Below are positions 28,287-40,702 of a stretch of 64,000 nt of DNA, in pieces. Source of the DNA: Adineta vaga (lineage: Eukaryota > Animalia > Rotifera); assembly GCA_021613535.1 (NCBI GenBank), contig CP075493.1, forward strand, positions 8,308,001 to 8,372,000, read 5' to 3'. The notes below the pieces were generated by a model, which saw only the letters and a list, made by a program, of their open reading frames with translations, had not been told where the DNA came from and did no database searches. Numbering within the stretch: the stretch's first letter is position 1; the number at the start of each line of letters is the position of its first letter. The position numbers were made by a program, and so were the translations under genes.

Positions 28287-30701
28287 CTACTTGTTACTTC
28301 AAAAAATAGATTGGCACTTTGAATGCAGTGGACGTGATCAAAATTTTCACTGGTAAATATCACATAATTATATTTTACCGAGCAAGAAGAAAACTCCACT
28401 TTTCCTTCTAAGAATGTGGGTGAGGATGTGATGTCATAGTAAACACTGACACCCATACCTATCTCTCACGCACCGATTATTTTTCATTTCCATGAGTGTT
28501 TTCCAAAATCATGTTTGACTGGATATTGAGTTGTAAATTTCGAAGAAAACGATTGGATTTGAGCAAAAGTTTCGAGACTATCTTTCACGATTTGTTTAGC
28601 TTCTTGACAAAAAATCCTATTTTTTACCGGCTGTAATTTGGTATGAAATGCATTATTAACCTTATTTGGAAATATGACAGTACCTTCTATCAAAATATTT
28701 TTCCCAACCTAGTATCATCTGTCTACGAGAAAATAAAACAGGTGTGTTCTCTATAGGGAGTTTTATCTTAATCTTCAGATTTTTCAATCAAATGATTTTC
28801 ATCACCGTTGAATATGATGTCGACAAACGTTTTGTTTCTGATAGGTATCATGAAAAGACAACCGTTTAATCAGAATATCAATATTATAACCTTGATGTTT
28901 TTGTCAAGGTATCTTTACTTGTATTTTTGGTTATTCAATTGAATGAAATGTAAAATTATGATTTGAATGAGCGGTTATGAGATGTTCTAATTGTTGTGCA
29001 TTTTTAATTTGAAATTTCTGATCTTGTTTTCAATTTTGAAGAATGTTGAATAAAATGAATTACTTAATTATCACAGGCGTAAACTAGAATTTGATAAACC
29101 TTTTTATTCTCTTTTTATCCATTAAACAATGCTAAGACATTTATTTTATCATCATTCTAATTCGTCTTTTCCCATAAGATTCTGCATGGTGCTGTTTGCA
29201 ATCACTTTTATATCTTAATTTTCAAGTATTTTTTAAATATAGTGTTCAGATTGAAATGAATATTCTGATTTGATTAGAACAGAAAAAAAATCATCTGACG
29301 ACTTTCGTTTTTCTCTATGATAATATAAGAAAAAAAGCTTGAAAAGATTCTTGTTGAATAATATGGCAAATGAAATAATGTATCAAATCTATACGTCATT
29401 AATAGAAAAATTCTCTTAAGTTTGAAGACAAATCTGGAACATAGCACTGTTTTAGCCTTAAATGTGCGATAAAAAGATGTTTTGTATTGAGCAGTATGAT
29501 TAATTTTAGGTGAATCTTTTTCCAATGAAATATTTTAATTTACACATCCTTTCTATTGTTATCGTCTATAAACCACGTCTGTTTGTAGCCGACTGATGAT
29601 GACATCCTTTCTTGTTCCCTTTTCTGAAAGGAAGGGTTATCGGCTCCGTAAATAGGGTCGTTAAAATGCTTAAAGTTTGTTTGTTTGTCTAAGCCAATCA
29701 GGTGAAAGCAGCCTATAAATCGATAGAAACTTACCCATGCTCATCAGACAACGATTCGTCATAGGCAATCGAAGTCGAGGAATGCGAATCTGATGTTAGT
29801 TTTTCATAATTCTAATTAATTATTATAATTATTGCGAAACTGAAAATAATCTGTTATTAAGCATTAAAGAAAAACTTCTGACTGTGCATTCTTTCAATAA
29901 ACGATAAGCGAATCCCAAGGATGAGCGCTATTTATATTAAAAACATAAAAGCAAATTTTCTATATAGAGGGTGTGTGTGTGTAAGGGGGAAAAGCGGATC
30001 ATTTGGACACCCAAATCCCATAAAACTTTCGGATCCTCATGGCTCCTATAGATCCTGGCATCTAAAAAATGCTGATTCTTGTGGATCCTGAAAGATACTC
30101 ATGGGTTCTCTTTTGCCTTTGAGAATATTTGATAGACCAACAATTGTTCATACATAAAACGTATCTCGTAGATAACGATAAGATGAACCGGCTTTATTTT
30201 CTTTAATTCAATTAATTCTCTTGTTAAGATCTTTATGGAGAGACATATTTAAAATGAAAATTGAATTACGTCGAACTAATAGAATGAAATTAGTCTGTGA
30301 GAGTGTGAAGCGTGGGCGCGAAAAAAAGAGACTATCGATACCTACCCACAAAGATTTCCTTTTCTGATTGAACTTTTGTTGAATATGACCTGGAAAAATA
30401 TCCTTTATTAAAATGAACTCTTTTGTAAAACTCAAAAATTACTAATGAAAAATACGTATCTTGAGAATATACTGACACTTATAATCACATACAGAAGACG
30501 AAAATCCATCTCAACACATACATTAACGTCATCTTTCTGCATAAAGGAACTATTCGTTTCTGTTGAAATCGTCAGATTTCATTATCTTTTTCAAATAACA
30601 AAAATACAAAACTATCAGTAAAGCGAATTTCTTTTCATAACAACCAAAATATATTTAACAGCTTGTATTCTCAACAAACTTTTGTGGACTTCGAAGCGAA
30701 T

Positions 30702-31616
30702 ATGTACACATTTTCAACATTACCGATCGAACTCGTCTATCGGATTTTGGATCATTTGACTGATTTTACACTATTTTGTTCAATGCAAAATGTTTCCCAA
30801 CGTTTTAATCAAATTCTTAACGTTTATCATCGCTATCAAGTAAGTCTCCTAAGTGCTTTCACTATTTTCTCATCTGTTCAAGCACACATGACCCTCGTAA
30901 TATCTAATTTTATAGGTTTACTCAAAAAACAAACAAATTTCACAATTCCGAAGCAATTTCCAAGAGTCAACCGAACACTACATTGACTCATGCTAGTAAA
31001 ACAACCCTTCCTCTCACCTGTTCTTTTCTATCCATGCCCATAGAATATATATTTAACTCAGTATCAATCAGTCATGTAACGATTTTTCTTCTGACCCGAA
31101 GAACCCAAACTAAGCCCTTTCTGAACTCTTTTCACACACCACCGCCACAACTCTTGTATAATGCTATACCTAATTGAAAAGACTTACTCTAAAGTTCCGA
31201 TTGCCTTACCCACATTCTTCAAATGAAAATTATATATATAGACACTCACCACACTAAATCTTTCGTGCAATCAAATCGGTGGAGAAGGAGCCAAACATAT
31301 TGGTGATGCCTTGAGAACAAACACAGTAACACTCATTCGTCCTTCATCTAAATAACAGGCACATGCTCTCTCTCGTCTATAGACACTCACCACACTAGAT
31401 CTCCGAAGCAATCCACTCGGCGAACAAGGAGCCCAACATATTGGTGATGCCTTGCGAACCAACACTGTAATATTCATTCGCTCTTCACCTAATTGACACA
31501 TCTGTGCTCTCTCTCTTCTATAGACGCTCACCACACTTAATCTCGAGGACAATAAAATCGTGGAAGAAGGAGAAGAATACCTTCGAAATGTTTTAGGGAA
31601 CAGGGTGATGTTGTAG
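30702..31616 (+). CDS. F-box + RI-like/NLRC3-like leucine-rich repeat protein; exons 30702-30839, 31242-31325, 31383-31466, 31524-31616
   Basis: F-box FSTLPIELVYRILDHL...MQNVSQRFNQIL, followed by three phase-0 exons that each encode one 28-aa LRR: TLTTLNLSCNQIGGEGAKHIGDALRTNT, TLTTLDLRSNPLGEQGAQHIGDALRTNT, TLTTLNLEDNKIVEEGEEYL... Confidence 0.88.
31239..31607 (+). repeat. Tandem 141-bp exon+intron repeat (84-nt LRR exon + 57-nt intron), about 2.6 copies
   Basis: Exon starts fall at 31242, 31383 and 31524 (period 141). The two introns are near-identical (gtaa..cattcg..cttca.cta...gctctctctc..ctatag). Confidence 0.9.
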
Positions 31617-32503
31617 TTAGAGCTCAATGGATACTGTTTGTAGTGCTTTTTTGTGACGAATTTATACTGAGCAAACTGATGGGAAACACATTAATACACA
31701 GTGTGCTTAGAAGTCATGTAGTTCGTATGATAGCGTGTTGTCTTTCAAACTCATGATTTTCGACTGTGAGAGGTAGAGTTTTCATCAAAGTTATTGGTTT
31801 GTGTGTTTCTGATAAAGCGAAATAGCGGGTTTGAAATGCACTGCTGTTTATTAGTTATGCGAGAAGTTTCGTAGGTATCATATCATATTTTCTGAAGCTG
31901 TCTACTCTGAAGATAATGTCTTCTGAAAAAGTTTCAAAAATGCAAAGGTTATGAAGAAGAAGGGCAACCATCAGTGCGTCTTTACATTTTACCGACCAAG
32001 AAGAAAATTCTGCTTTTTCTTCGAATGAGATTCGTACAAATTGAATTACTTTCAATGGAAGCATACATTATAGGAAGAAGCAGAAGAAAAAGAAAATAAT
32101 TTTTTCTAATCAGTAGAAAACCCTAGCATGTTAAACATGTTGTGAAGCAGAAAATTGAGCTTATTCACAATCAATGACGTAAACAAATCAAGTTAAAAGG
32201 AAATCAAAGAGAGAGAGAAGAGAAAAAAATAAGAAAGAAATTATAACCAACAAAGTAGGTGAAGTATCAAGGTTTTTATTTCAATCGATTCTTTAACTCA
32301 CAACATGGACAATGTTTTCATTCCATTAAGTAGACGACAGTAATGTAAAGAAACAAAAAAAATTCATTCCCAAATGCATACATGTGAAGATCATTGATAA
32401 AAACAAAAACAAGAATAGAGTACATTTTGTTATTTTATATTAAAAGAAAGAAATCATTTCTTCTTCTTCTTCTTCTGTATTATAGTCACAAACTGCTTTT
32501 ACC

Positions 32504-33752
32504 ATGGCTGCTTTTTCAACTTCTATACCAAAGAAAAAAGAAAACATCCGTGTTTTTGTTCAACGAAAACGTTTATCATCACACAAATCTACATCGATAC
32601 GATCGGATAGTTTTCGAGAATTAACATCAAATATAGACAAACATTTAAATAAAAAGAATAAAAATATTATTCTTGTTAACTATAAACCAGTCTATATTCA
32701 TTCTCGAGAACAAAAATCTGTAACAATACCTTCAACAACAACAACAACTTCTCAATCACATCCTCGACAATGTAACACAACAACCATCTCAAATTCGAAT
32801 GGAACTAAACAATCATCTGCACCTATCAACGTTCCTGATGTTGAAGATCCATTTATGTTTATTGAAATGATGTATCAACAATTATTTACTGAAGATGGAC
32901 AATTACGCAACGGAACACAACCTGAAGTTTTAGCAAATTGTGTAAAACAAATTGTTACACAATCACGACGAAATTCTATGGCACTTCGGGATTCCACAAT
33001 ACCAAATTCATATCAACGAAAATGTTCAATGCCGTCAAAATGCAGCATCTGTGTCATCATTGTCATCACCTCATCTTATATCAAATATTTTTAGTGAAGA
33101 AGAAGAAGAAGAAGAATCTCGAACGTTACGACAAAGAACTAAAACAATTAATACGTCTACACGGTAAATTTTACTGATTGATTTTGATTAATTGATTCAT
33201 TTCTTTTTTTACAGAAGTTCAAAACGATCAAGTATAGATCATACCGATCATCAACACCTTCATGCATTTCTCAATTCATATCATCATCCTCATCATCATC
33301 ATCATCAAAAGCGACCATCAACAAATCAAACTCGACTTACATCTGATCCATTGTTTGCTGTGGATGATACTGATAATGAAGATCTAGATACATTTTCTGA
33401 TTTCAATTCGTCGCGTAGAACAATTCGTCCATCTCCACCCATTAGTGCTGATGAAGATGCAACACATACTGATTCAAAATTATTATCATCATCTGGTTAT
33501 TATTCATTAACTACACAACAGCGTGTACCGATTATTAAATCCAATATCAATGCAGAACATAATGTCTGTTCGAATTGTTCTCAAACATCACAAACATCAA
33601 CAACACCATCAACATCCATTATTAATATAATTCAACCAATTCGAGATTTAGTTACAAAATATCTTGATTTTATTCTTGTTAGCAAAAATATTCTCATTAT
33701 ACCTTTATTTATTTTTCTTCTACATCAACGATCAATACCTATGCGTAGTTAA
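32504..33752 (+). CDS. Orphan protein with a C-terminal hydrophobic anchor; apparent frameshift near 33020-33045
   Basis: ORF 32504-33094 (includes VPDVEDPFMFIEMMYQQLF) overlaps a +1-frame segment (SVSSLSSPHLISNIFSEEEEEEE...TSTR). That segment splices (gtaaat...acag) into a last exon with a poly-His tract and the hydrophobic tail NILIIPLFIFLL. Confidence 0.6.
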
Positions 33753-34259
33753 AGAAAGAAATTCTATCAGGCAATCTTACCCGTCCAAGACGTACATACA
33801 TAGTTTTGCTTTTATTAAAAATGCTAATTTAACGAGTTTTCTTTTCTCGTATATTTATTTAATAAAACATGCATGATAAAAAGGTACAAAAATCAACATA
33901 TCTGCCTGAAACTCAAAAGAGTTTCTAAGAAGCATGTGTTCTTATTCGAAATACAGTTTAACAATTCTTAAGGAAGTCAACTATTTTAGTTATCACATTG
34001 ACATTTCTGTCTTATAAACTTCGATAGATCTCGTTTTAGATAAATCCCAGAAATTCTAATATGATGAAAGAAATACATGACAACATTATTACGGCATTCT
34101 TTACATAATTAAAAGATGATTGAAACAATTTTGAAGCATATTTGTTTCATCTGCAGAGAAATCTATTTAGAATCGTTTCAGTTTTGTTTATATTACAAAG
34201 ATAATACAAAAAACGTATGTATTGAAAATTTGACTCAATATCTATGACAAAACGAAAAA

Positions 34260-35207
34260 TTACCAAGCAGGTCCTTGTTGGAACATGAGAGGCGAACCAC
34301 TACGTGCTGGTAACATTTGTACATTTCCGAATGGTTGTGAACCATTGAAAGGTATACCACCACTACCTGGTAACATTTGTACATTTCCAAATGGTTGAAT
34401 GTTATTGAAAGGAATACCATTAGAAGGTGCAAATGGTGAACCACTACGTGGTGGTAATACTGGTGAATTTCCGAAGAATTGTGGACCATTAAAAGGTATA
34501 CCATTAGCAGGTGCAAATGGTGAACCACCACGTGGTGGTATTGGTGGTGGATTATCAAAAGGAAAACCACCCGACGGAGCAAATGGTGAACCTGGACGTG
34601 GTACAACATTTGGAAATGATTGAGGATTATTGAAAGGAATACCATTTGCAGGTGCATATGGTGAACCTGGACGACCGTTGTTGTATGGAAAACCAGCTGG
34701 AGCAAATGGTGAACCACGACCACGATTTTCATCATCACTACTAGATGATGATTTACTACGATGACGACGATGACGTGATGATGATCGATGACGTGATGAT
34801 CGACGTGAACGAGGTTTACCATATGCACCACTACCAAAATAATTTGGACCATCCCCTATTATTGGTGCTTGCGGTCCAGATGGGAATGGTACAGATGGAT
34901 TAACAAAACCATTGCCTGGCATCATTGAAGGATCAAAACCGGATCCAAATTGACCACCAATAGGCATTTGTCCAAAACCTGCAGGTGGAAGAGCCATACC
35001 ACCAGCAGGAAAAAAATTGCCTCCTTGGAATGGAATATTATTACCAAATAAAGCACCAGCATTACCAAGTTGTCCAAAACCTGCTTGTGGTAACGGTGCT
35101 GAGAAAGGAGATGGGAAACCATTTCCAAAAGCATTATCACCAAATGGATTCCTACAATTAAATAGATATTGTATATAATTTCTAATAATAGAAAGATAGC
35201 CTTACAT
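34260..35207 (-). CDS. Pro/Gly/Phe/Asn-rich low-complexity repeat protein with a central Arg/Ser/His patch; start codon split by an intron (AT|G)
   Basis: The frame stays open upstream of the ORF-track start. AT|gtaagg...gtag|G AAT CCA gives MNPFGDNAFGNGFPSPF... It carries five RxGSP(F/Y)AP units and two QPFGNVQMLP units, and has no signal peptide. Confidence 0.8.
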
Positions 35208-36266
35208 TTTTTTGTCGATTGATTTGGATAAAACGAAGAATATGTTGATAGTTTTTGTAAAATCAAATGTTTATATACGAACTAAATAGCTCTTTCCAGA
35301 TGAATCACGTAATAGACAAGGTGAAATCAATGAGGCGTGAATACATTGTGATCGAAGATGAGTAAGGTTTACAATTATTTCATGAATAATGAAAGCGTAG
35401 GCAAAAATTATTCTCTAGTATTCATCTTGTTGAAGTTATTAAAATATTCCATATTATCAAATGTTTTATATAACGTTAAATCAGAATAATATGAGAAAAA
35501 CATATATTTTGCACCGCACTTGTACTGTCTACTATGAAAGAACACGTTTTCTTTGTGAATATTCCATCTAGATATATTCATTCATGCTTATAGAATGACG
35601 TTTGATATGATTATTTAAATACTGTAAACTTTCTGTTGATCGTGACAGAAGAGTTTGTTATGTTGTGTCTCAAAAACATACACTTTCAATCATTTTTTTT
35701 CGATTGAAAAATTTCTCTATTTACTCAAATAAATAAATGTTTCACCTTATTTCGGAAGGAATTTATATGAATATAAAAGAAAAAGTAGAAACTATAGACG
35801 TCTATATGACATTTTTGTTTTGCTGACAGAATTTCTGTTCTGAAAAATATCGTTCTTCCATTTTTTTTTCTTTCTGTCCTCCTTGTCATAACCCCGTTTT
35901 CTGTTTTTATCGCTGACGGGTTGTTACTATCAGTGGCCACCGCTACGTTCTTCATCTATCGTAGTAGATCGTATAGTCAGGCGCCTCGTTTTACTAAAAT
36001 ATAGAATAAAGACGACATATTTTTGACGTTTAATGTTGGTTAGAAAATCAATACATTGCGAGTAATTTTATTGAAAAAAAAGGAAGAAATCAAATCGAAA
36101 TTATTTTAAGATGTGTATCATTTAATAACTTGATGTAGCCCTATATATAAGTACGTGATGGTAATTAGGATGATGTTATTCTTCTTCACAAATTGCATAG
36201 ACCATTATAACGTCAATCTTGCTTTCGAACATAAATATACATTTTTGTTTTAGATTTTTATACAAT

Positions 36267-37628
36267 ATGGCGAGGGCAACCATTGGTAGTACTGCTATGG
36301 AAATGAAAACTTTTACAGACTGTATGTATTTTATAAATGGTCACTGCAAATTAAATGATAAGTGTCGATATCGTCATTGTCCCACTGCTATTGCACAAGT
36401 AAAGAATTGTTTTAAATGGCCAAAAATTTGTCGAGATGCTAAATGTCCTTATCGACACCCTGCACCACCGCCTAGAAATATTGAAAAAAATAAAAATAAA
36501 TTCTCATCAGAACCAAAAACGACTTCCACACTAATATCATCACCACCGAAATTACAACAAGAAGGTTTAATTAGTTTCTTTTGGGATATTGAAAATGTTC
36601 CTATACCAAAAGCACAAAAACCATTCGATATTGTTCAACGTATTCGACAAAAACTAGTTATCGATGTTGGATTACGTGAATATAGTTTTTCATGTTTTTG
36701 TAATAGTACAACTATATCGCAAGAGAATCAATTGAACTTGTTTCACGCTAATGTACGTATTGTACATGTACCTGATCGAAAATCAGGAGCAGTTGATCGT
36801 CAGATTATGTTAGAATTAGATCGTTTTGAACGAGCTCATCGACCTCCGGCAACAATTGTTCTAATCTCTGGTGATATTGATTTTGTCGGTAAATTAAGTG
36901 ATCTTCGTCATCAAGCTGGCTTTCATGTTATTGTTATACATAATAAACCGGCAAAAGAAGAATTAAAAGCAACAGTGAATGCTCATTATCCATGGGAATT
37001 ATTTACGCAAAAATCAACAAATGAAGTCAATAATCTTCCAAGTTTAATGACTGAATTAGCATCACGTGCGCCCCAACCATATCGAATGAATACTCAAAAT
37101 AAGGATGGTCTTTTACATCAAGTCGAATCGGCAAACATGCGTGCACCAACACCGGTAAGATCTCGACCAAATCCTGTAAAAAAACAAACATATCCGTGTC
37201 CTAAATGTTCAAGTGAATTTGATTCGATTCAAGCTGTTCGACAGCATCAGGAAGCAAAAGATCATTTATTTGATTGTCCTGGTTGTGACGAACTTTTCAC
37301 TACACTTGACGGTCAGACTCAACATAAAAAAGCGAAAGGCCATTACGATGCTGAATATAATTGTGGACAATGTAATCGTCGATTTAATCAACTTGATAGT
37401 TTAAATCAACATCAGAGAGCTACAGGTCATAATGGATTTGCAAGTCCAGTGAGCAATATCTCTGATGGATTTTTTCATGAACCATTTGTTTTATTATCAC
37501 AACCGCCAACACCTCCAAAGATAAATAAAACTACAAGTGATATTTTAGAAGATGCAGCAATGACTGTTATTCAACAAGGTATTGCTGCTCTTGTTCAACA
37601 TTATCCGACGATGTTTAACAAAAAATAA
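36267..37628 (+). CDS. CCCH zinc finger x2 + NYN (MARF1/limkain-b1-type PIN-like) ribonuclease domain + C2H2 zinc finger x3; uninterrupted CDS
   Basis: CMYFINGHCKLNDKCRYRH and CFKWPKICRDAKCPYRH; NYN motifs FFWDIENVP, GAVD, TIVLISGDIDF...LSDLRH..GFHVIVIH; three C-x2-C-x12-H-x5-H fingers. The start is taken as MARAT, downstream of a probable 5'UTR intron acceptor. Confidence 0.9.
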   Translation: MARATIGSTAMEMKTFTDCMYFINGHCKLNDKCRYRHCPTAIAQVKNCFKWPKICRDAKCPYRHPAPPPRNIEKNKNKFSSEPKTTSTLISSPPKLQQEGLISFFWDIENVPIPKAQKPFDIVQRIRQKLVIDVGLREYSFSCFCNSTTISQENQLNLFHANVRIVHVPDRKSGAVDRQIMLELDRFERAHRPPATIVLISGDIDFVGKLSDLRHQAGFHVIVIHNKPAKEELKATVNAHYPWELFTQKSTNEVNNLPSLMTELASRAPQPYRMNTQNKDGLLHQVESANMRAPTPVRSRPNPVKKQTYPCPKCSSEFDSIQAVRQHQEAKDHLFDCPGCDELFTTLDGQTQHKKAKGHYDAEYNCGQCNRRFNQLDSLNQHQRATGHNGFASPVSNISDGFFHEPFVLLSQPPTPPKINKTTSDILEDAAMTVIQQGIAALVQHYPTMFNKK

Positions 37629-38503
37629 TGAATCAAAAATTCATTGATTCAATTATTCTTTTACTACTCTTTATTTTTCGATAGATTAATAATAGTATGA
37701 TAAAAGAGTAATTTGATCTTCGAATAGAAAGAAAAAGCAACTACTTTTTTTTTCTCATTTAAAAGGTCAATTTTCATTTTTACTTATCTCAAGCATTCTT
37801 GATTGATAAGTAAACTAAATATGTATATAGTTTGCGATTTTCAAAATTGATCGTACTTATTTCTATCACACTGAAATCAATCGAAAAATCAGTATGTATG
37901 TGAATACATATCGATTGGTTCAGTGTCTTTTTTTTTAAATTGTATTCCAATTTTTTCATTAATTAGAAATTTGTAATCGCTTCATAATAATTATTTAATG
38001 AATAAAAGAATCAATTCATTACCAGAACAAAATGTCGACAAGATTAAAGAACGTATTCCAATAAAATGTCATGAATTTCATAATAAGACTAACATCGAAC
38101 AGTTCGTTAATCTTTGATGTCGCTTTTTATTTCTTGTCAATTAAACTAATATGCTTAGTAATTTCATCTTCTATGTAATAGTATCTCTAAATTTAACCGT
38201 TCATGAATGTCAAATTGACTTAGAATCTTTGTTTTATTTTTATTTCACGAAAAGAAAAGAAGAAAAAAAAGAAATACATATAAAAGAAGCTGGTGAATCC
38301 TATAGATTATTGATTTGATTAATGCTAATGTTACGATATGACCATCATCGTCATCGTTCACTCGAAGTTGTCATGTTTGATCACTGACGCAAAAGAGAAA
38401 ACGCTTTTTGAGCACACATACAAATGAAAACTGAAAATGAAATATGCAATTAGAATGACTAGATGACGAGAAGAACATGAAAGAATTGATTTGCAATAGA
38501 AGA

Positions 38504-40702
38504 TCATGCTATTTGTGAAGATGATTTTGATAAATCATTTTCTACTGTACGATTTTGTTCATCCGATAGACAAAGAACATTTGTTGAGCTTGTATCATAA
38601 CGACGTTGTGAATCCAGATTCGATGATGAATTACATTTCGAATTTTTATTATATAAAGATTCATTTTGTTCATCATCATGTTGTACGAGTGTAACATAGC
38701 AATTTTTTGATGATAAAGGTAATGCGGAATCATCATTTTCATCTTCAATTGATGAACTATTATTCAGAATATTATTATTTGTATCGTTTCGATCGGATAC
38801 ATCAGATTTTAGTGATAATGGACGTAAACGTTTTAATATGAAGAATAATGCAATAAGAGTAAGAACTGTCAATACAAGCATAGTCGTCATCATAATATGA
38901 AGACGGTTAAGAAGTGCTGCGGCAAATATTGGACCAACTAGCAAGAAAAAAAGAGTTTGAAAAAAAAACTGATACGAGTATTGGTCTACTTACTTATAGT
39001 TCCAATGCCCATGATAAATCGTTGAATACCTTGTGAGAAACCTTGTAATTCTTTAATAGTCAATTTTGTAAATATGGATACACTAGTTGCGGCTAAAAAT
39101 GGTAAACCAAGTAAATCAAGTATGACAAAAACAATAAACATTGAAAATAAACGCATATCGATAACACCTTGACTTGATTTGCCTGACCAACCAAATGAAT
39201 GTGATGCCCAAGTAAAAAATACTCCTATTATACAACCAAGTGTTAATGATATAAAACCAAAGACAAGTAAAAATCTATCTTCAAAACGTTTCGATAAGAC
39301 AAAAACGAGCAGAATATAAACAATAATAATTTCTAAACCAGCAAAAGCAAATAAACCAGATGTATGTACAGTATTCCAGCCGAAATGTTCTTCGGTAAAT
39401 GCTGCTACTATTGTTTCTAATGCTGTTTGATTAAAATAAGCAATAAATGTGGCAAAAAACAAGACAAACATTTCCACTCGAATATACTGTTCACGATAGG
39501 TTTTTGATGACACATTTTTTTGTTCTTGTCGAGATGGATGATCTGATCGAGTATATTTATGTTTGGGAGAATCATTTGATGTTGATGGTCCTGTTGTTGT
39601 TGATGGTGTTCGATCATAGAAACAAAACCAACAAACAATATGAAGAATCAACCAAATAGAAGCCATTAAAAATCCAGGACCATTCAAATTATTGACATGA
39701 ACATTACCTAAAATAATTGATGTTCAAAAATATTTTTCAAAGAAAACAACAACAAACCGATATAAAAATCCATTTTACGAACAAGTAATGTAAAACATGG
39801 ACCAACTAATAACCCTAGAAAAATAGATAGATTTAGAAAATAAAACAAAGCTGACACCCATTATTTCAATTGATTAATGGATATTGAAAAATGAAGCTAT
39901 ACCGAGTTGCCGACATCCAAGAATGATTGCAATGGCTTTTGTTCGATCTTTTTCAGTTGTTCGATGAGCTACATCAGCAAGAATCTAATAAAAGACAAGA
40001 AAAACAATCAGATGTTGATGAACTATTATAAAACATGTCTCTTACTGGAGGTACAGCTCCCATACCAACACCAGCAATCAATCGACCCAAAAGAACAATA
40101 TGAATATTATTTGTGACAAAATAGAGAATATTTCCACCAATTTCAAAAACATTTGATGCAAGAATAAGAATTTTTACTTTGCCAGTCATATCGGAAATCT
40201 TTCCCATAATGACACCTGTGATTGCACCTGAAATACTGTACGATGATAAGATTAAACCGACATAAATTGGAACTGATGTCATTGTCTTAACATAATCGAA
40301 AGCGGTAGGTAAAATAACTGCATATTCGACGCCTGTCATAAAAGCAAACAGACATATTGTGCCGAATGTTAACATGACACGTCGATGACCGTGTGTCCAA
40401 CGAAAAAAATCAGCTGAATGTGTAATGGATTCTTTAGGTTGCTTGTCTTCATCATCATCTTCTATCACATTTTCAAGATGAACAGACGAATTCTTTGGAT
40501 AGTCTTTATATGCTGTTGTATCTGGCGAATGTATAGATGAAGTTTTGGAATTGTTTGCCAATGGTGAATAGGATTGTCTGACAGTTATAAATGCTTCATT
40601 GCACGTATCTTCAGAAAGCAAATGTTCCGATTTTGATACGACATCTGCTTCTTGACTACTCAGTGATGAACGACGATGTGAATCCAACAGAGATCCGTGC
40701 AT
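38504..40702 (-). CDS. MFSD8: MFS transporter, MFSD8/CLN7-like, multi-exon
   Basis: FMTGVEYAVILPT, GNILY...LLGRLIAGVGMG, NGPGFLMASIW, NQTALETIV and QGFSQGIQRFIMGIGTI..VGPIFA; many TM helices, with acidic N- and C-terminal tails. Confidence 0.85.

Noticed and set aside
29960-30120. Slightly GC-richer patch with repeated GGATC/GATCC words, a possible transposon or MITE relic
   Set aside because: No terminal inverted repeats, target-site duplication or transposase remnant was identifiable.
34235-34852. 205-aa His/Val-rich ORF and antisense Gly-Pro ORF over the repeat gene
   Set aside because: Alternative-frame shadows of the Pro/Gly/Phe repeat CDS.
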